A stretch of DNA of 64,000 nt from Okamejei kenojei (taxonomy: Eukaryota): contig CM069163.1 of NCBI GenBank assembly GCA_035221665.1, forward strand, positions 17,546,001 to 17,610,000, given 5' to 3'. Position 1 is the first letter of the stretch; each line of letters opens with the position of its first letter. The notes under the pieces were generated by a model. The model had not been told where the DNA came from, ran no database searches, and worked only from the letters and a program-made list of their open reading frames with translations. The position numbers were made by a program, and so were the translations under genes. Below, piece by piece: positions 39,434 to 54,021 of the stretch.

Positions 39434-39719
39434 TGAGGGATCAAATGCCAAAAAGGAGATATTTTAATCCTTCAATACTTCCTACATGCTGTGAGGAAAA
39501 TGCCTCTCTCGTCACAAGTTGGCAGAAACAAGTGCAGCTCTGCCCAGTCACAATGCAAAACATTTCATTTCAGAAGGTTTACTCCAGCCTGAGTGAGTTG
39601 ATATTTGCCTAAAAAATCTCAGGTACCGCTTATGTTACACCCTAATATACGATCCTTAACTAGCTCCGGGGATAGTACTGCGAAAACCTCAGATTTGGGA
39701 GAAATTTAAAACCTATGTC

Positions 39720-40110
39720 AAGAATCATGTGTTTAATTGTTTTAGGTGCCGGCAACAGAACAATTAAATTCTTACTTACTGCAGTTTTACAGGCTCGTTA
39801 ATGCAATAATAGAGAAATACATAATAATCAATAATACAATAAACTAATAACTGGAATAGTAGGCTACCACAAACGTGCAAAGCCAAAGTCCGCAGTGCAA
39901 TCATCCATAGAAGATCCTGGTTGCTGAGTTTAGTATTGTGTAGTGTTCAAGAGACTGATGGTTGCTGGGCAGATGCTATTTTGACCCGGAGGTCAGTTTT
40001 TAGTTTTCAGGCTCCTTACCTTCTTCGCGACGACACCATTGAGATGAGAGTATGGCCAGAGATGTGTGGGTCTGATTATAATGGATAACCTTTGATGGAG
40101 CACCTGCTAT
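39720..40110 (-). mobile_element. Degenerate Rex1-type LINE 3' end
   Basis: Its 3' tail resembles the + strand copy at about 60715-60995 (gcagtaagtaagaattt...ttgt). Confidence 0.5.
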
Positions 40111-42499
40111 AGATTCCTTTAACTACCTTCCGTCAAGAATATTCTTCTGACTTAGTGACAACTTTCAGGTCAGAAGGTGTATGGTTCGAATGTTTTTCTG
40201 TAGTTCTGGCAATGGGGACTGGAACACTGGTCCTGATACCTAAGTTGGCATCTTTTAGAACATTCACATCTGCACGAGCATGGCAGCACGGATTAAAAAT
40301 CCAGTTTAATATCCTCATCGATTCCTTTGACTTTGGAGGCCTGCCCTCATCTGCCAGAGCATTGCCAGTCAGAATATTGGGCAAAGTGCCAGGATTTGCA
40401 GATTCAGTGGAGTCTCAGATGGAGACTGATGCCAATAATGGGAGGCAAGAGAGAGAACTGAATAATCATGATGAGAAGAGTCCAGGAGACTAAGAATCTG
40501 TGCTGACCTCACTTTGCCATCATACCTTCCACACTATAGCCTACATCAGGATGGAAAATCTCCTTAGTGCAGTACCTGCTGACTGTATAATCCCTATCAA
40601 ACTAATTAGGGAGCTCACAATTAAACAACACTCGCGATAGTGTACTTAAAGGCTTATAAAGGCTAATTAGCCTGCTCTGTATGAGTGAAACATTTGAAAA
40701 TAATTAAACTGTTTGCTTTAAAGATTTTTTTTCCAGACTATGCATGCTGGAATAATAAATAGGAATACACATGATAAATCTGTGCCATTTCTTCAAACTT
40801 TTTCAGCCGAATGCAGCTAAGGTTTAAAAGACCCTTAATTTGAATGATTAGTAAAAAACTAATTGGGTTAATCATCTGGTGTTAAACAAGTGCAGACTAC
40901 AATACAGACCCAGATAAGCAAACAATGAGCAAATTAAATGAATTCCTAAATCATGCAGCCTGACTTGTGTTGTAGGCACGATACACAGGGGAAGAAGTTG
41001 CCGATCGTATTCCCACATACATGATCTTTCTCCTAAATTGTTCCATCTAAAGGGTCTCTGTTCATTCCCTTTACACATGCTGCCTGACGTACTGAATTCC
41101 TCCCGCACTTTTATTCACTGAAGGAACTCAGCAGGTCAGGCAGCATCTGTGGTATGGGTTGACATTTCAGGGTGACACTCTGCAGCAGAACTGAGAGAAA
41201 ACTGACCTTCCTCTCTGTGGGTACACAAAAGGCTGGAGAAACGCCAGAAAAAGGCCAGTTTCACTTCCTCTCTGTGGCTCCAGATTCAAGTATCTCCAAC
41301 CTCTGTCTACCTTTTACTGCTCCATGCAAAGCTTACTCAAAGTACACCCACTTTGAGGAAGTTCTCCTCCTCTCTCGGACAAGGGTTTTGTGAGACCGTC
41401 TCTCACCGCTCCTCCTCTATGATTCCTCCTGCTCCCCCGCCGGTCTGACCCGGACTCACTATTACAGCCATGTTTAGTCTGAAGAAGAGTCTCAACCCAA
41501 AATGTCATCTGTCCATTCCCCTCCACAAATGTTTCCTGAGCTCGTAGTCACACAGCACGGAAAAGAGGCCATTCGGCCCAACACATCCATGCTGGCCAAG
41601 GTGGCGCATCAAAGCTAGTCCCATTTGCCTGTGTTTGGCCCATATCCCTCTCAACCTTTCCTATATTGCAAGTTCCTCTCGCGCTTTGTTTGTGCTCCTG
41701 CATACTTTACCTGAATATGCCAAGAGCCTTTATCCAAGGGCTTTTGTCACTGCTTCTTAAGAAACCATCAGTCACATTTCTCACATAATGTGGAAAATAT
41801 TGAGGCTGTCTTGAGGGTAATAGTCCAAGATAAACTGACAAATCTGCTTTACTGAAACTGTCAGAGTCTTAAACACAAAATGATACCTAAAACTATCCCT
41901 TGGCAAAGGACTAACACTTTAAACCAGGAAAACACAACCTGATGACTGTGTTTAATCATTGCTATTATGAACATCTTTAAATATGTTATAATATATGCTC
42001 TTTATTTGGATACTACCATTGTGAGTTACAGGGAAAAGTAGTCAATATTCAACACTTTCCTTCCTCCATTCCCCTCCCCGAGTATTTTGTGTAACTTATA
42101 TGGCGGACATTTCTGCTAGGCATTAGTCCTTCAATGGGCACGTTTTAAAGTATCACGACATATATAAGTTGTGTCCTTTTCCTTCTATTTTGATCAGTAC
42201 AATCACTACCTACCTTGACTAGAACACAAAGTGCTGGAGGAACTCAGCAGGTCAGGCAGCATCTGTGGAGGGAATGTTTCAGGTCTGGACCCTTTTTTCC
42301 CCCCAGACAAATCTAGAACATTTCACCAGAAATAATGTTCCATGGAATGAGTCTTTTACTAATAAGTTCTCAGTTGTTCCTAGATGTAAAATAGTAATTC
42401 ACAATTAAAATGTTACATTCTGTAACAATCTGCTTGGGGTTATCGACAAGGTGAAGATCACCACTTCCCTGTTCAGATGATTTCACCACCAGGTTCTAT

Positions 42500-45400
42500 C
42501 ACAGAAGCAAGAAATTAAGTCGACACAACTCATTTTTACATGTTCAAATAAGCTGTTTAATTAAACTTTCAACTTATTTAAAGCCAGGATTTGTTCATTT
42601 AAATCTTTAGAAAGGGAAACTAAAGATGTCGATTTCATGTTTGGCAAACTCAATGAATAATAAAAGAACATTTTGTTAAATCACAAGCTGAAATGCAAGC
42701 TGTTACAGAATGAAATGTCTACTTTTCCATACGTTGCATTTTCCCCCATGAAGGATCGCCGATGCCACAATTTATTCAGTTTTGTTCCATCCTTCCAGAT
42801 GCTAAAGTGCACTCTGATCTTCCAATATCACAATGTTCTTGTTCCATAAGCTCATGCTGATTGATACAGAGCGTTGATAAGTCAACTATGCATCGTATAA
42901 CTTTTCACTCACAGTATCTGCAGTCCAATATTCAGATGCTGGCCACGTTTACCATATCCAAAGCCAGATAAAATGAACACATGATACTTTGGCTCCATGG
43001 CTTCTTTGATGGTGAGGACAATCATTGACAACTTATTAACATCTTCGGATCTCAAAATGCAGAAATGTGCAGAAAAAAAACTATTTCATTGTAAATGCTT
43101 TAGATTTCCTTTTTGTTATCGAATTGCCATTTAGAAACTTCTAGGTAGCTCATTTCAGGTGCAGAGAGTGAGACAATGTGTTGTAAAACCGTTAACATTT
43201 CAAATGCAGTACTTTTATGCAAAAAATATATCTTTTTAACTGTTATATCAGTGCATTGGCCCCATCCTTATAAACTTTTTCCCCCCAGCTCTTTCCTATT
43301 GCAAGCAGACTAAATTCTCTTGAGTTGGCACACTTTACCTCCAAAGATCACTGCAATTCTGATTCTGTAAGAATTCCAGGAATAACATGTTGATATCTGT
43401 CCAGAATTTGCATAAATTTTAAATCCTTTTCAAGCACATATTTTAGCCACCAATTTACTCATTTAAAAAATATACGGTTATTTTTCTCAATGCAATTTTA
43501 TTAAAATAAATTTCAAGTTTACTGGCGTCCCGTTGCATTTGGAATGCTACCATGTCTCACTCACACTGTTACTCAGTCTGCACTCATTGCAGTGAAGTTC
43601 AATAACTTCAGCACTCCCAATTTTTGGATGCCTTTGCTCAGTAATATAAAATAGTTTAATTTATATAATGAGATAAGAAGTAATTTGCCCTCACCACTCC
43701 ACCATTCAGGGTATTACCCTGGATAAATATCCTTTTGACTTGCATGAACCAATTTAAAATTAGATATGGTGGAACATTAAACAAGTTGTTTTTTTTTAGC
43801 TCAGATAAGAAATAATATCAGTGTAAGCAAATACTAAATGTGGACTTAGTATAAGTAATTCTACCCCAGGAACCTACTCCAGTTTGATCTTACTTCTTTT
43901 TACCTTAAGAAGGCTAAAGGAATATCTGTAAAGAGTTTCCTGAACACAATATCACATTATTAAAGGACGACCAGTTTTCTTTAAATATTTCTCAATTTGT
44001 CTCATTCAGATATAAATGAGCATCTTCTGCTTTAAAAAAAAAAAAAATCCAACATTTGTATGTTTGCTTTTAAGCTGATTCCTCTATTGTGGGGGTGAAG
44101 ATTTTGCAAACACAAACACCACAGCATTAAACCGGGTAAATGGAACTTCCAAAATGGCACATTGTACAGGGTAAAATAATCACAACAAACTCAGTGCTCG
44201 GAAACAAGGCATAACAAAAGTGCACAGTTATAATATTTTTGTAAATATAGTTATATATAAAAAATTAAAAAAAAACATTTAGGGTTTAATTGGCTACATC
44301 TGGAGGTCAAAGGTGGCAAGGAAGAAAGCTACACAATATAAAAATAGCAAATACAGTTTTCATGTCTAACCAATGCACAGCTGTAACCTTCAACTTAAGA
44401 AACAACTTTTTCCAGATGGTTTAAAAAAAAAAAAAAATTGTTAACATTTTTCTCCAAAATATTCACACAATGAAAGGGAATAAAACTCAGTAACGTGTAA
44501 CATTCCTAATTCTGGCTCATATTGTACGGCTTACAAGAATTTAAAGGTAAAAAGCAAAATAATTTCTCATGGTTTGCTGTGCGTCAGCAGAACAACCGAC
44601 CTCAGACAGCTTAATCTATAAACTGATGCAAGATCCACGAACTAAAAATAACAGCAGTCATGTCTACAACATTCTGCTCAAGAGGCTCCTCAATTACCAT
44701 CACAGTTTAAGAATATTACAAGGAAAACCTGGCTTTCAGCGGCGCACTGAGATTTATATAAGGAAATCCCATCCACTAACAATCAACCAGCATTAACCTA
44801 CCTTAAATCGCAAACTATGGTTTCAAACTACAAGGTCAGGAGGTTGGATAATTGGCTGGTGTTATAGTGTGTTATAAAAAGATGAGTTTGCGGCAGTTTT
44901 GCGAAAAACTGTTTCTTTGTAAACATGAGTTGTCAGCCATTAGAATAAATTCTCAATACTTGCCATCTTTCCTGAGTTTTTGTATCATAAGATGAATGGA
45001 TGCCACTTTAGTATTTTGGAATGAAAAGTTTTTTGTCTCTATTTGGCGAGTTGTTTGATTAAGCTTGGCAATTGCAATTATAACTATGCAGCTGAGTTTG
45101 AATTATTGTATTATGTTCCCAATGTCATAAATGTGCCTGGGTGCTTCCTTGTCTATGAACATACTAAAGTTTATAGAATGTTAAACCTTAAAATTGAGTT
45201 TAAATTAACTAAGTGGTTACAAAACTGGACTCCTTGCAAAAGCAGCTCACTCTCAAAAACTTTTATCTTCGGGAGACACAACTTTGGACATGATATAGAA
45301 AGTGTAACAAGTACATTTGCCACTCAATAATGAATACTTAAACTTTGTAGATAAAAATCTTTCTTAAAATAGGAAACAAAACCAATCATGAAAGTTCTAT

Positions 45401-46810
45401 AAATGATATGTACTGTATAGTGCTAATAAGTTCTCAATTTTTGTGCATTAATTACAAATAAATACATTAGTAACCACAATCTATAAAATGTTTGAATATA
45501 CGTTTATCACAGAAATTGCAATACAGTTCAAACCAGCACGGGGATTAACGAGATCAGAGTCACCTTTAATCCTTGTATAAACATTTTCATAAAGGCAATT
45601 AAAGGAAAAGTATTTCATATTAAAATAATCACTTTTTATGCAGCGTGCTGAGAAGCCAGCGGGAGAGAGTTCAACAGACAAAAGGTGGCCAAAATAATCA
45701 ACCACTACAAAACAAAAACACATAATCAACTCATTGTCAAAGTCGGCTGCAAGAGACGGAGCGAACAAACTAACCGAGCAAAAACAAACAGAGCAAGTAG
45801 CATTGGGCCGCTGAAAGACGATGTGATGAAGTTCACTTAACTACTTTTTCCTATAGTATCTATTTGAAACTAAATTACTGATATTTGTACTGGAGCAAAT
45901 TCAAGGCAGGTAGCTTTCATTTTTTAACATTATGTTTCTAGGCTGCATAAGAGAGAGCAGGCAGGCAGGAGGATTACCAACATTTTAAACAGCGCTGTCA
46001 GTAACTTTAAGTGTAAACATCGTTTCAAAATTAAATCTTGTAACTTATCAAACTACAATCATTCTAAATACCAATTTCTACTATTAAGCAACATTTTAAA
46101 CACCCAGATGCTGTCACAAGGGCAAAATAAGAACTGAATTCCTCATTGAACCATGTCCTGTACAATTTCTAAATTGTACCACAGACACCTGCGAGTGGGA
46201 TCTATTTTTAAATTGTGTACGGTTGTATAAATCTGTAACTCAATTGCAAAGTGTATATTTGTATGTATAGATCTTTTTTTTTTTTTTTTTTTTTAAGTTT
46301 GAAATATACAACAGAGTGAATTTAACAGTGATGTACATAAGCTGCATGATTAGGATGATATTTGCTAAGGAAAGCTGGCAAGTATAGATCTTTAGATTGT
46401 GGGGGAGAAATAATATGCAAACAAGTGTACAATTCACAACAAAAAGCCATACACAAATGAATTTAAAACTTTACTTCCTTTTCAGTTTTGGCTCTCCTGT
46501 CCCACAGTGTGATAGGCGCGTTCAACCATGATGCACAAAGTTTCATTCTCAATAATTAATTTGAGTTGGTTCATACGAGTTATGAATCAGTTTCACTGAT
46601 AAGTAACTTAAGGAAGTGTCTTAAGAAAATCCCACATTTTACTCCACTCCGACAGAACAGTGTCTAGAAGCCAATGACCCCCGTGCAAACATGCCTCCTC
46701 GTCAGTTCTTCTCACTGTTATATAAAGGCCAGAGGAGAGTCAGGAAAGCTGACTTACAGACACACTGGGCACAATACATTAACAGGAAACTTTCAATTCT
46801 AGAAACAAAT
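42500..46810 (-). other. FNBP1: Candidate distal terminal exon and long 3'UTR of FNBP1
   Basis: Strong minus-strand acceptor (catctttttctgtAG|) at 46810 is in phase with the 57416 donor and would give ...K-DLFLELKVSC*. About 4.5 kb without recognisable transposons, U-runs on the minus strand, and minus-strand AATAAA at 43497-43502 and about 42771. Confidence 0.4.
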
Positions 46811-49800
46811 CTACAGAAAAAGATGTTTTGTTTTTTTGCAATGGCACTTGAATTGAACTCTTGTTAATAAATTAACAATATATTAATTTTTTAATTATTA
46901 TCAAAATCAGGACACGGGCTCTTGCACATCACTGGGGATAGGCAAAGTCCAAAACCAAAAAGCAAACATCACAGCACGTGGAGAGTCCTCTGCTCATCCA
47001 GAAAGGAAAAATTAAAAAAACATTGCGGCTTTTTTTTAATACAACAGGTGCCAAGAGGAAAGCAAAATATTGAGATAAGTTTGTCTTGGTCCTTCCATGT
47101 GCATCATTTCTTTAAGTAAGTTCATTAGGTTTTATTGTTGGTTTTTCCACTCTAAGTGTTCTAACTGCTTGGAGTTGCACATTCTATTTCTGACTATGAT
47201 TCAATATTTTGCTAGGTACTGCCAACTATATTTATGTAGTTCCTTTTTTATTATTCTCTGCATTTAATACCAGACTGTCATGGACCCATTCTATATTTGC
47301 AAACATATTTACTTCTCATCTTCCATTGTCGAGGCAGAAGCAGTTGATAGCAACACATCTAAATACTGAAAGCCATCTCTAGGTTCTTTATCAGTAGAGT
47401 TCCAGCACTGAACAGCACAGAAACAGACCCTTCAGCCCACCTGGATCATGCTGACCATATTGGCAAATTGGACCAATGCTACTTGTTTGGATTTAGCTAA
47501 TATCCCCCTAAATGTTTCCCATCCACATATCTGTCTAAATATATTTTAAAAGTCATAATTGTAAGTTACAACTGAAAGTCAAGAAAGCCATACAATCATT
47601 TTCATCTGGTCAACTAAGTTTTACAGGAGTTAAACTATGTTTATTCAAAAATAATCTTGCTACTGCCAAACTCTGTAACCGTGAGGCTTTCCATCTCCAA
47701 CTGTCTACATAGAGTCGTAGAGTAATACAGTGTGGAAGCAGGCCCTTCAGCCCAACTCGCCCACACCAGCCAAAAATGTCCCAGCTACCCTAGTCCCACT
47801 TGCCTGCGCTTGGTCCCTAACCCTCCAAACCCGTCCTCAACTACCTCCTCTGGCAGCTCGTTCCATACACCCACCACCCTCTGTGTGAAAAAGTTACCCC
47901 TCTGATTCCTATTAATCTTCCATATCCTTTACTCTTCCTATGTAATGACCAAATTCTAAAAATTAAGGAAAAAAAACGACATTATTACTATTACGGGTTA
48001 AAGACTTACTCAGCTCCAATAGTAAAGAGGAGGAAAACCGATAATCTAGCATCACTGTTAAAGCTAGTAAATAAAATTCTTGCAGGGAGGGAGACAATAA
48101 AATATTGCACTATGATTATCTGTGAAGAGAACAAAAATTGAAAGAGGGTGGGGAGGGTTTCCTGGGTAACTGCCATGGAGTGCGAGGTGCCTCCTAATGT
48201 CCCCAGTCATTGGTCCCACCCAACAGCTGGCTTTTAAATTTCTACACATGGGTTTTTATTTCTGTTCTACCATTAGAATGACATTTGCCGTAGGAATGGG
48301 TGGTTAGGATTGGAAGGGAAACAATGTTTTCATTTATTATCTATTGGGACAACTGTTGGGATTACACTGATGGCTTATCCACTCACCCTATGCTCACTGA
48401 GTAAATAAAATGGTGCTCCTCTTGTGATGTGCATGATGCTTAGTTATCTGCATTCCCCTTGTAGGCAACTACGCAGTTTTAAACTTTCTTTTCTAGCTCA
48501 TTAAATAAAATAAACTTATTCCACATGGAACCAAAACTGGAGAAATAACTTCTGAGAAACTCTATTCAACACTATACCTAAATTAACTAAAATCAATTTA
48601 ACATTCTATTGGTAACAATAAAGTATACTATAATCGATGCTTTATTTTCTAGACAAACAGGTGCCAGTATGCATATGAATTAAAAATTAATCTTTATCAA
48701 CTTTTGTTGATCAGGATACCCAACTTTGGCTACATATTAATTGTTCACCAAGTCTTAACAAATAAATGTTCCTTTTCATTCAATTATGCTATCCATTAAC
48801 TAGGCATGATTAATAAACAAACATGTCATGCTAGAGATACTGGTACAACATTCTGATGAACACTGTCACAAATAAAGCATTGGCTATAGCTATCATAATT
48901 GGTAAACCTGGGTGTTTCAAATTGAGAGTCTTGGTTTCTCCTGAATATCCTTTAACAAGCTTCAACAGTCTGATACTCTGAGACTCCAGTTTCTCCACCT
49001 CACCTCATTGCTGTGGCTACACTGGTTGAGTGCAGTTAGTCACCAAGACAAAAGCACTTCATAAATGCCTTACACAAAAATAAACAATAAACCCTGATGA
49101 TTACTGATTAACTAACGAACAAACACACATTTGGAAGGAGTAAGATCAAGGTTTGTGCAATGCAAAACCCAAGCTGGACTTTTGTCTTTTTAAGAAATCA
49201 ATGAGGTATTTGATTTATTTTGCAACTGTTGTATTTATAATACTGACACAAAACACAGGGTTTCAGCTGAATTTTATAAGCATGGTCTCTATTGTGAAAA
49301 TGTATTTCAGAAACATTTAAAAAAAATAACAGAACTACAAATGAGTGTAGTTTTTTTTTCCTGCAGCATAATTGGATTATTTAAAGATAAATGGTTTTCT
49401 GGTTTGGGGAAATTGAGAATTAATATTTTGGTGGGACCTGCACCTTAAAGCAGCTTTGCACTGCATTTCTGATCATCGACGAGAGTGATGACAAACATCA
49501 AATATGTCTGAATAATCAGACAGCCTTTGTAATCCAACCATGGTGACAGGGTGACCAACATGACCAATGCCAGACATTGTGTCCCGTTTGTCAATGTAAC
49601 AATGTTTGCCACTGGTATCAACAAGGAATTACTTTCCACAATAGTGTGACACATTATTTGGTTAATTTTAATATCTGCCAGACAGAACCAGCACACATTC
49701 AACCTCCCACACATGACTTTCCAATCTCAATCATGCCTCATGAGGGTGATAGTTGGTAAGGCACATCCTTACAGAAATCCTAGTGCTTGGTTGCAGAACA

Positions 49801-52800
49801 CAGTTGGCACACATTCGAAGGAAGGATGGCCTCAGGTGGAATAATACCAGTTTTGGACTATTTGTTCACCACAATCCCTTTCTCACATATCTTTCATTAC
49901 TAATTCAACTTCGATTTGCTGTGGGACAATAATGGATCTGGGATTCAACGTGACTGCTTCACAGTACAGTATATGCATATTTAACCATTGAAACAGCAGT
50001 ACTGGGTGGGGGGGGGGGGGGGGAACATTCACCGATAATCGAGAACAGCGGACAGCATGAAACTAAAATCCCTTGCAGAAATGCAAACCAAGCGCTAGAC
50101 GCTTCCTTGGATCGCTCACTCCTGGCTCTCTGTGTGCACAGTTAATGTCAACTATTTCTTCACATTTTCACTCGGACGATGTTAAGTGTACAAGCGATTA
50201 CAAACAGCTGAAACCCCAGCAGTTTAAGCACACAGTGGTTTGTAGGCAGCTTTAGGGAGAGCAGCAGAAACGCCAACAAATACACAGGTGAACATGCAAG
50301 AAAAAAAACGTGTCACACGACCAGCAACTCCACTTCTTAAAGCCAACAAAATAATGATGCAGAAAATGTGACCATAACTTTCATTAAGGTGGGCACAGGC
50401 AGAGCATCAGGGCGAGCATGCAGACTGGAAAAGATGGACTGATGTTGGGCAGTGCTACAAACCAAAATGATAATAATGATGTGATGGTGACAAATAAATC
50501 TACCAAACACCAGATACAGGTACTGCATGACCACAAGTGCTCCACTCTGTCATTCCAGTATCTACATGCTTTCACAATTAAAACTCGATCCACGCTAAAA
50601 ATATTCTACCTTTTCTACTTGGCTAAATGCTCACAAGAAAATGGGACTATGGCAAGCAAACGGGACTATGGCCTTCAAGTATCTTCTTTGCATTTAATGG
50701 GCAAAACCTCAGAAAGTTTCTCTATTTTACCAAGTTATCTCGGCTGGATATGTGTGGAAGAGGTGGAGAAAAATCAAATATAAAACTTAAAAACTCAGTA
50801 GTGCTGAGGATGAATGAAAATTAACTGTACTTCAGTCAATTGTTGGCTGTACTTTTTACAACTTCATATAATTTTATCTTCTGGGAAGATTAACTATGAA
50901 TGCGGTTTGCAATGCAAGTTCATCAAAAGTGAGGTATGTATGTATCTCTCAGGGCTTCTGAAGCCAAGATTATAAGCGTCACAATTTTGACAGGACTAGC
51001 ACTGAAGTGGTGTCATTTCCCTGAACACTGAAAATGCTCTGTGGCAACCCAGATGATCCCTTAACTTCTTATATAGAACAAACTAAACTAAATTAACTTA
51101 CATTGTCAATTACTTCATTTTACTATCCCTCCCCAGCCAAGAACTACCTTTGGCTCAAATAAAGATTTAATGAACAACATCCACCCAGACAATGGACGGT
51201 TACTGTGGTGATGAAGTACATGTATTCTGTAAAGTAGATTTCAAAATTCACATATTTAAAAAAAATTTTAAATGGGCAAAATTTTAGACAGAGGCATGCA
51301 TCAGAAAATTGCATTTTTTGACATTTACGGAGTATCCGACTTAATTAGAGCAATAGATGGCATGCCATGAAATAAGAGCAAGCACTTGCACCTTATGATC
51401 ATATAATTTTTTCATCTCGCTGGTTTTGCTTTTGATTATTAAAAACGAAACCAGTCTGGTTAGTCTTCCATTTTGAATATTGTTAAGCTGAAGAAGGTGT
51501 CCTTGTGTACCAGCTCGCCCGTGATTCATGGACCATGACACCACCTTAGGTACCTAGAGTCCAGAGGGAGAAAGGGACATGGGTTAGTGACAATGACAAA
51601 GTTAAGGGGACAATCAGAAACCTCACAGTTGGCGCAACTAGAAAAGAGCCTACAAGGAAGCATTCAATAATGCTGATGTCGTGAACATGTCCTCCAGTTC
51701 TTAACCTAGCGACACCTTTTTGTATGGTACACCAATAAAATGAACAATTTTGAATATTGTTCATTACAATTTGAGATTGAAGGTATAAACGAACAACATT
51801 AAAAATATTAATAACATTTTTTTTAAATATTCAAAATTTGGCCAGAGGGAAAAGAAAAGAGAAATACAATACAACTCTCGATGAAAGGTGATCCATATTA
51901 ATTACTGTCACATAGACATTCTGAATCAGATATTCCAACAATATTTAGTGGCTGGGCTATAGGTGCCATTGACTTTCAGTGTTAGATCATTAGCAAACAT
52001 TTATTTTATGGAATAAAAACAGAAAACACTGGAAATATTCAGCAGGCCAGGGAGTATATGTGGGAATCAAGAAAAAGCTCAGTTTTCCTTCCCATTGATG
52101 CAGCCTGACCTACTGAGTATTTCCAGCATTTCCTGTTTTATTTTATATTTCTAACATTGGCAGTTTAAAAAAAAAAGATTTTCATACTTTTATGGAATTA
52201 AAAACATCCATATTAAGAGGGGCTCCTTATTCTCCAATTTTAGCAGTTCATAAACATATTGAAGCAATGTTAAATCTTACACTGATACAGCACTATGTTC
52301 TGAATTTAAATATACAGGTGCAAATGTCCGATAACATAGTTAAGGAGACGGCTGGTTTGAATGTAAACTGAAGATTCACCATAATTGCAGATCCAAAAAC
52401 AAAATAATAAATGTAAACCTCCTCTCCAAAATATGACAGATTCAGTGATGTCTCACAAAGCAGTCCGATTTCTGTTCCTTTGCAGAGGGCGTGAATCTCA
52501 GACCCCACTACACATGTTCTGGTGATTACACATTAAACAGCAGTTTGCCAAGCTTTTTGTTTTCACTGCAAATCCATGGTCTAAAACACACTTTCTCCAG
52601 CACAAGCACAAATAGGGCATTACGGCAGAAAATAAGTCATGGCCCCAAAAGACAGAGGAGATTAAAATATTCTCTTTTTAATAAACATTAGAAAGCATTT
52701 GAAATCAGACACTACAAACAACCACACGTCAATTCTAAAATACCGCTTCAAAGAAAGATGTTTCCACTGTGAAAACATCCAATAGGTTGGCAATGATTTT

Positions 52801-53894
52801 ACATCGTTAGATGTGTTTTGTACACCTATGTTCTGATTTTCTTAAAATTATTGCAGATTAAAACAAAAACAGTTCTTTAAACCCTTTTCTTTAAATCATG
52901 CAACCATTACTTTGAAAAGTGATTGGTAATCATAACTGAAGAAAGTTCAATGACAACATTTAAAAGACACTTGGACAGAGACATGGATAGGAAATATTTA
53001 GAGGGAATGTGGATTGAATGTGGGCAAATGGGACTAGCTTCGATGGGCATCCCGGTTGGCATGTAAGAGTTGGGCCAAAGGGCCTGTTTCCATACTGTAT
53101 GGCTCTTTGAGCCTGGCGGGTGGACAATTTCAATGCCTGCATGCTTTTGATATCTGTCATCACTAATCCTCTTCAAACCGTCATGTAATATTATGATTAC
53201 AAACAGCACAATTTACTGAAAGTGAGTCAGAGGTTTATTGTCTCAAGTATCTTCTATGAAGGCACTAAAACAGACCAGTTTTGAGGCCCAAAGTATAAAC
53301 CATGTTAACAAATCAAATCTCAATAACATTCATTTACACAGATGCAACAAATGATGAGATGCCAAATCAGCTCTCTACCCCACTGCTTTGCCAATCTTAG
53401 TTACGCTGCTGTGGGGACATGCCCAAGAGGCAAAGAGTCATCATGTAGATATGAGAATAAGTGGGATTAATGGGCTGTCTTCCTGCACATTTTAACTGGT
53501 TGGTTGACAGAAGCACGAGTGGATGTTTGAAGGCCCAATAGCTGATTGTTCTCTGCAGAAGATGCCAAGTCTGGGGCTAATGGGGATGGAATTAAGAATG
53601 TTTCTAAATAAACAACAACCTATCTTTATATTTCTTTGGAAAGATTTAAAACCATTTTTTCCCATTTTCACTAAATCACATTGCTATAGTTTGATATGCA
53701 ATATGTATACATAGTAAATGTTCCTTGTCTTCATGCAACAACTGGAATATCTACATGATACATTAAAATTGCCACCATTCTGACCAACTAGTAAAAAAGT
53801 TAAATATTTAAAATACATAAGGAGCAAGACCAATACACTTGACTCCTCAGACCTGTTTTGTCACACACCAAGATCATGCCTCAACATAATGTGC

Positions 53895-54021
53895 AGGAAG
53901 GAATGGCAGATGCTGGTTTACACCGTAGATAAACACAAAATGCTGGAGTAACTCAGCGGGACAGGCAACATCTCTGGATTGAAGGAATGAGTGACGTATC
54001 GGGGCGAGACCCTTCTTCAGA
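53895..54021 (-). mobile_element. Short Penelope-type element with degenerate hammerhead core and 16-bp TSD
   Basis: Flanked by cctcaacataatgtgc at 53879-53894 and 54022-54037. Minus strand reads CTGAAGAAGGGTCTCGCCCCGATACGTCAC. Confidence 0.75.

Noticed and set aside
34200-41400. Numerous 60-110 aa ORFs as a hidden gene between SH2D3C and FNBP1
   Set aside because: No recognisable protein motifs or consistent exon chain, and many overlap repeats.
45481-45768. Minus-strand ORF with ADFDNE after a good acceptor
   Set aside because: The resemblance to FNBP1 DFDDEF is too short and the remainder looks non-coding.
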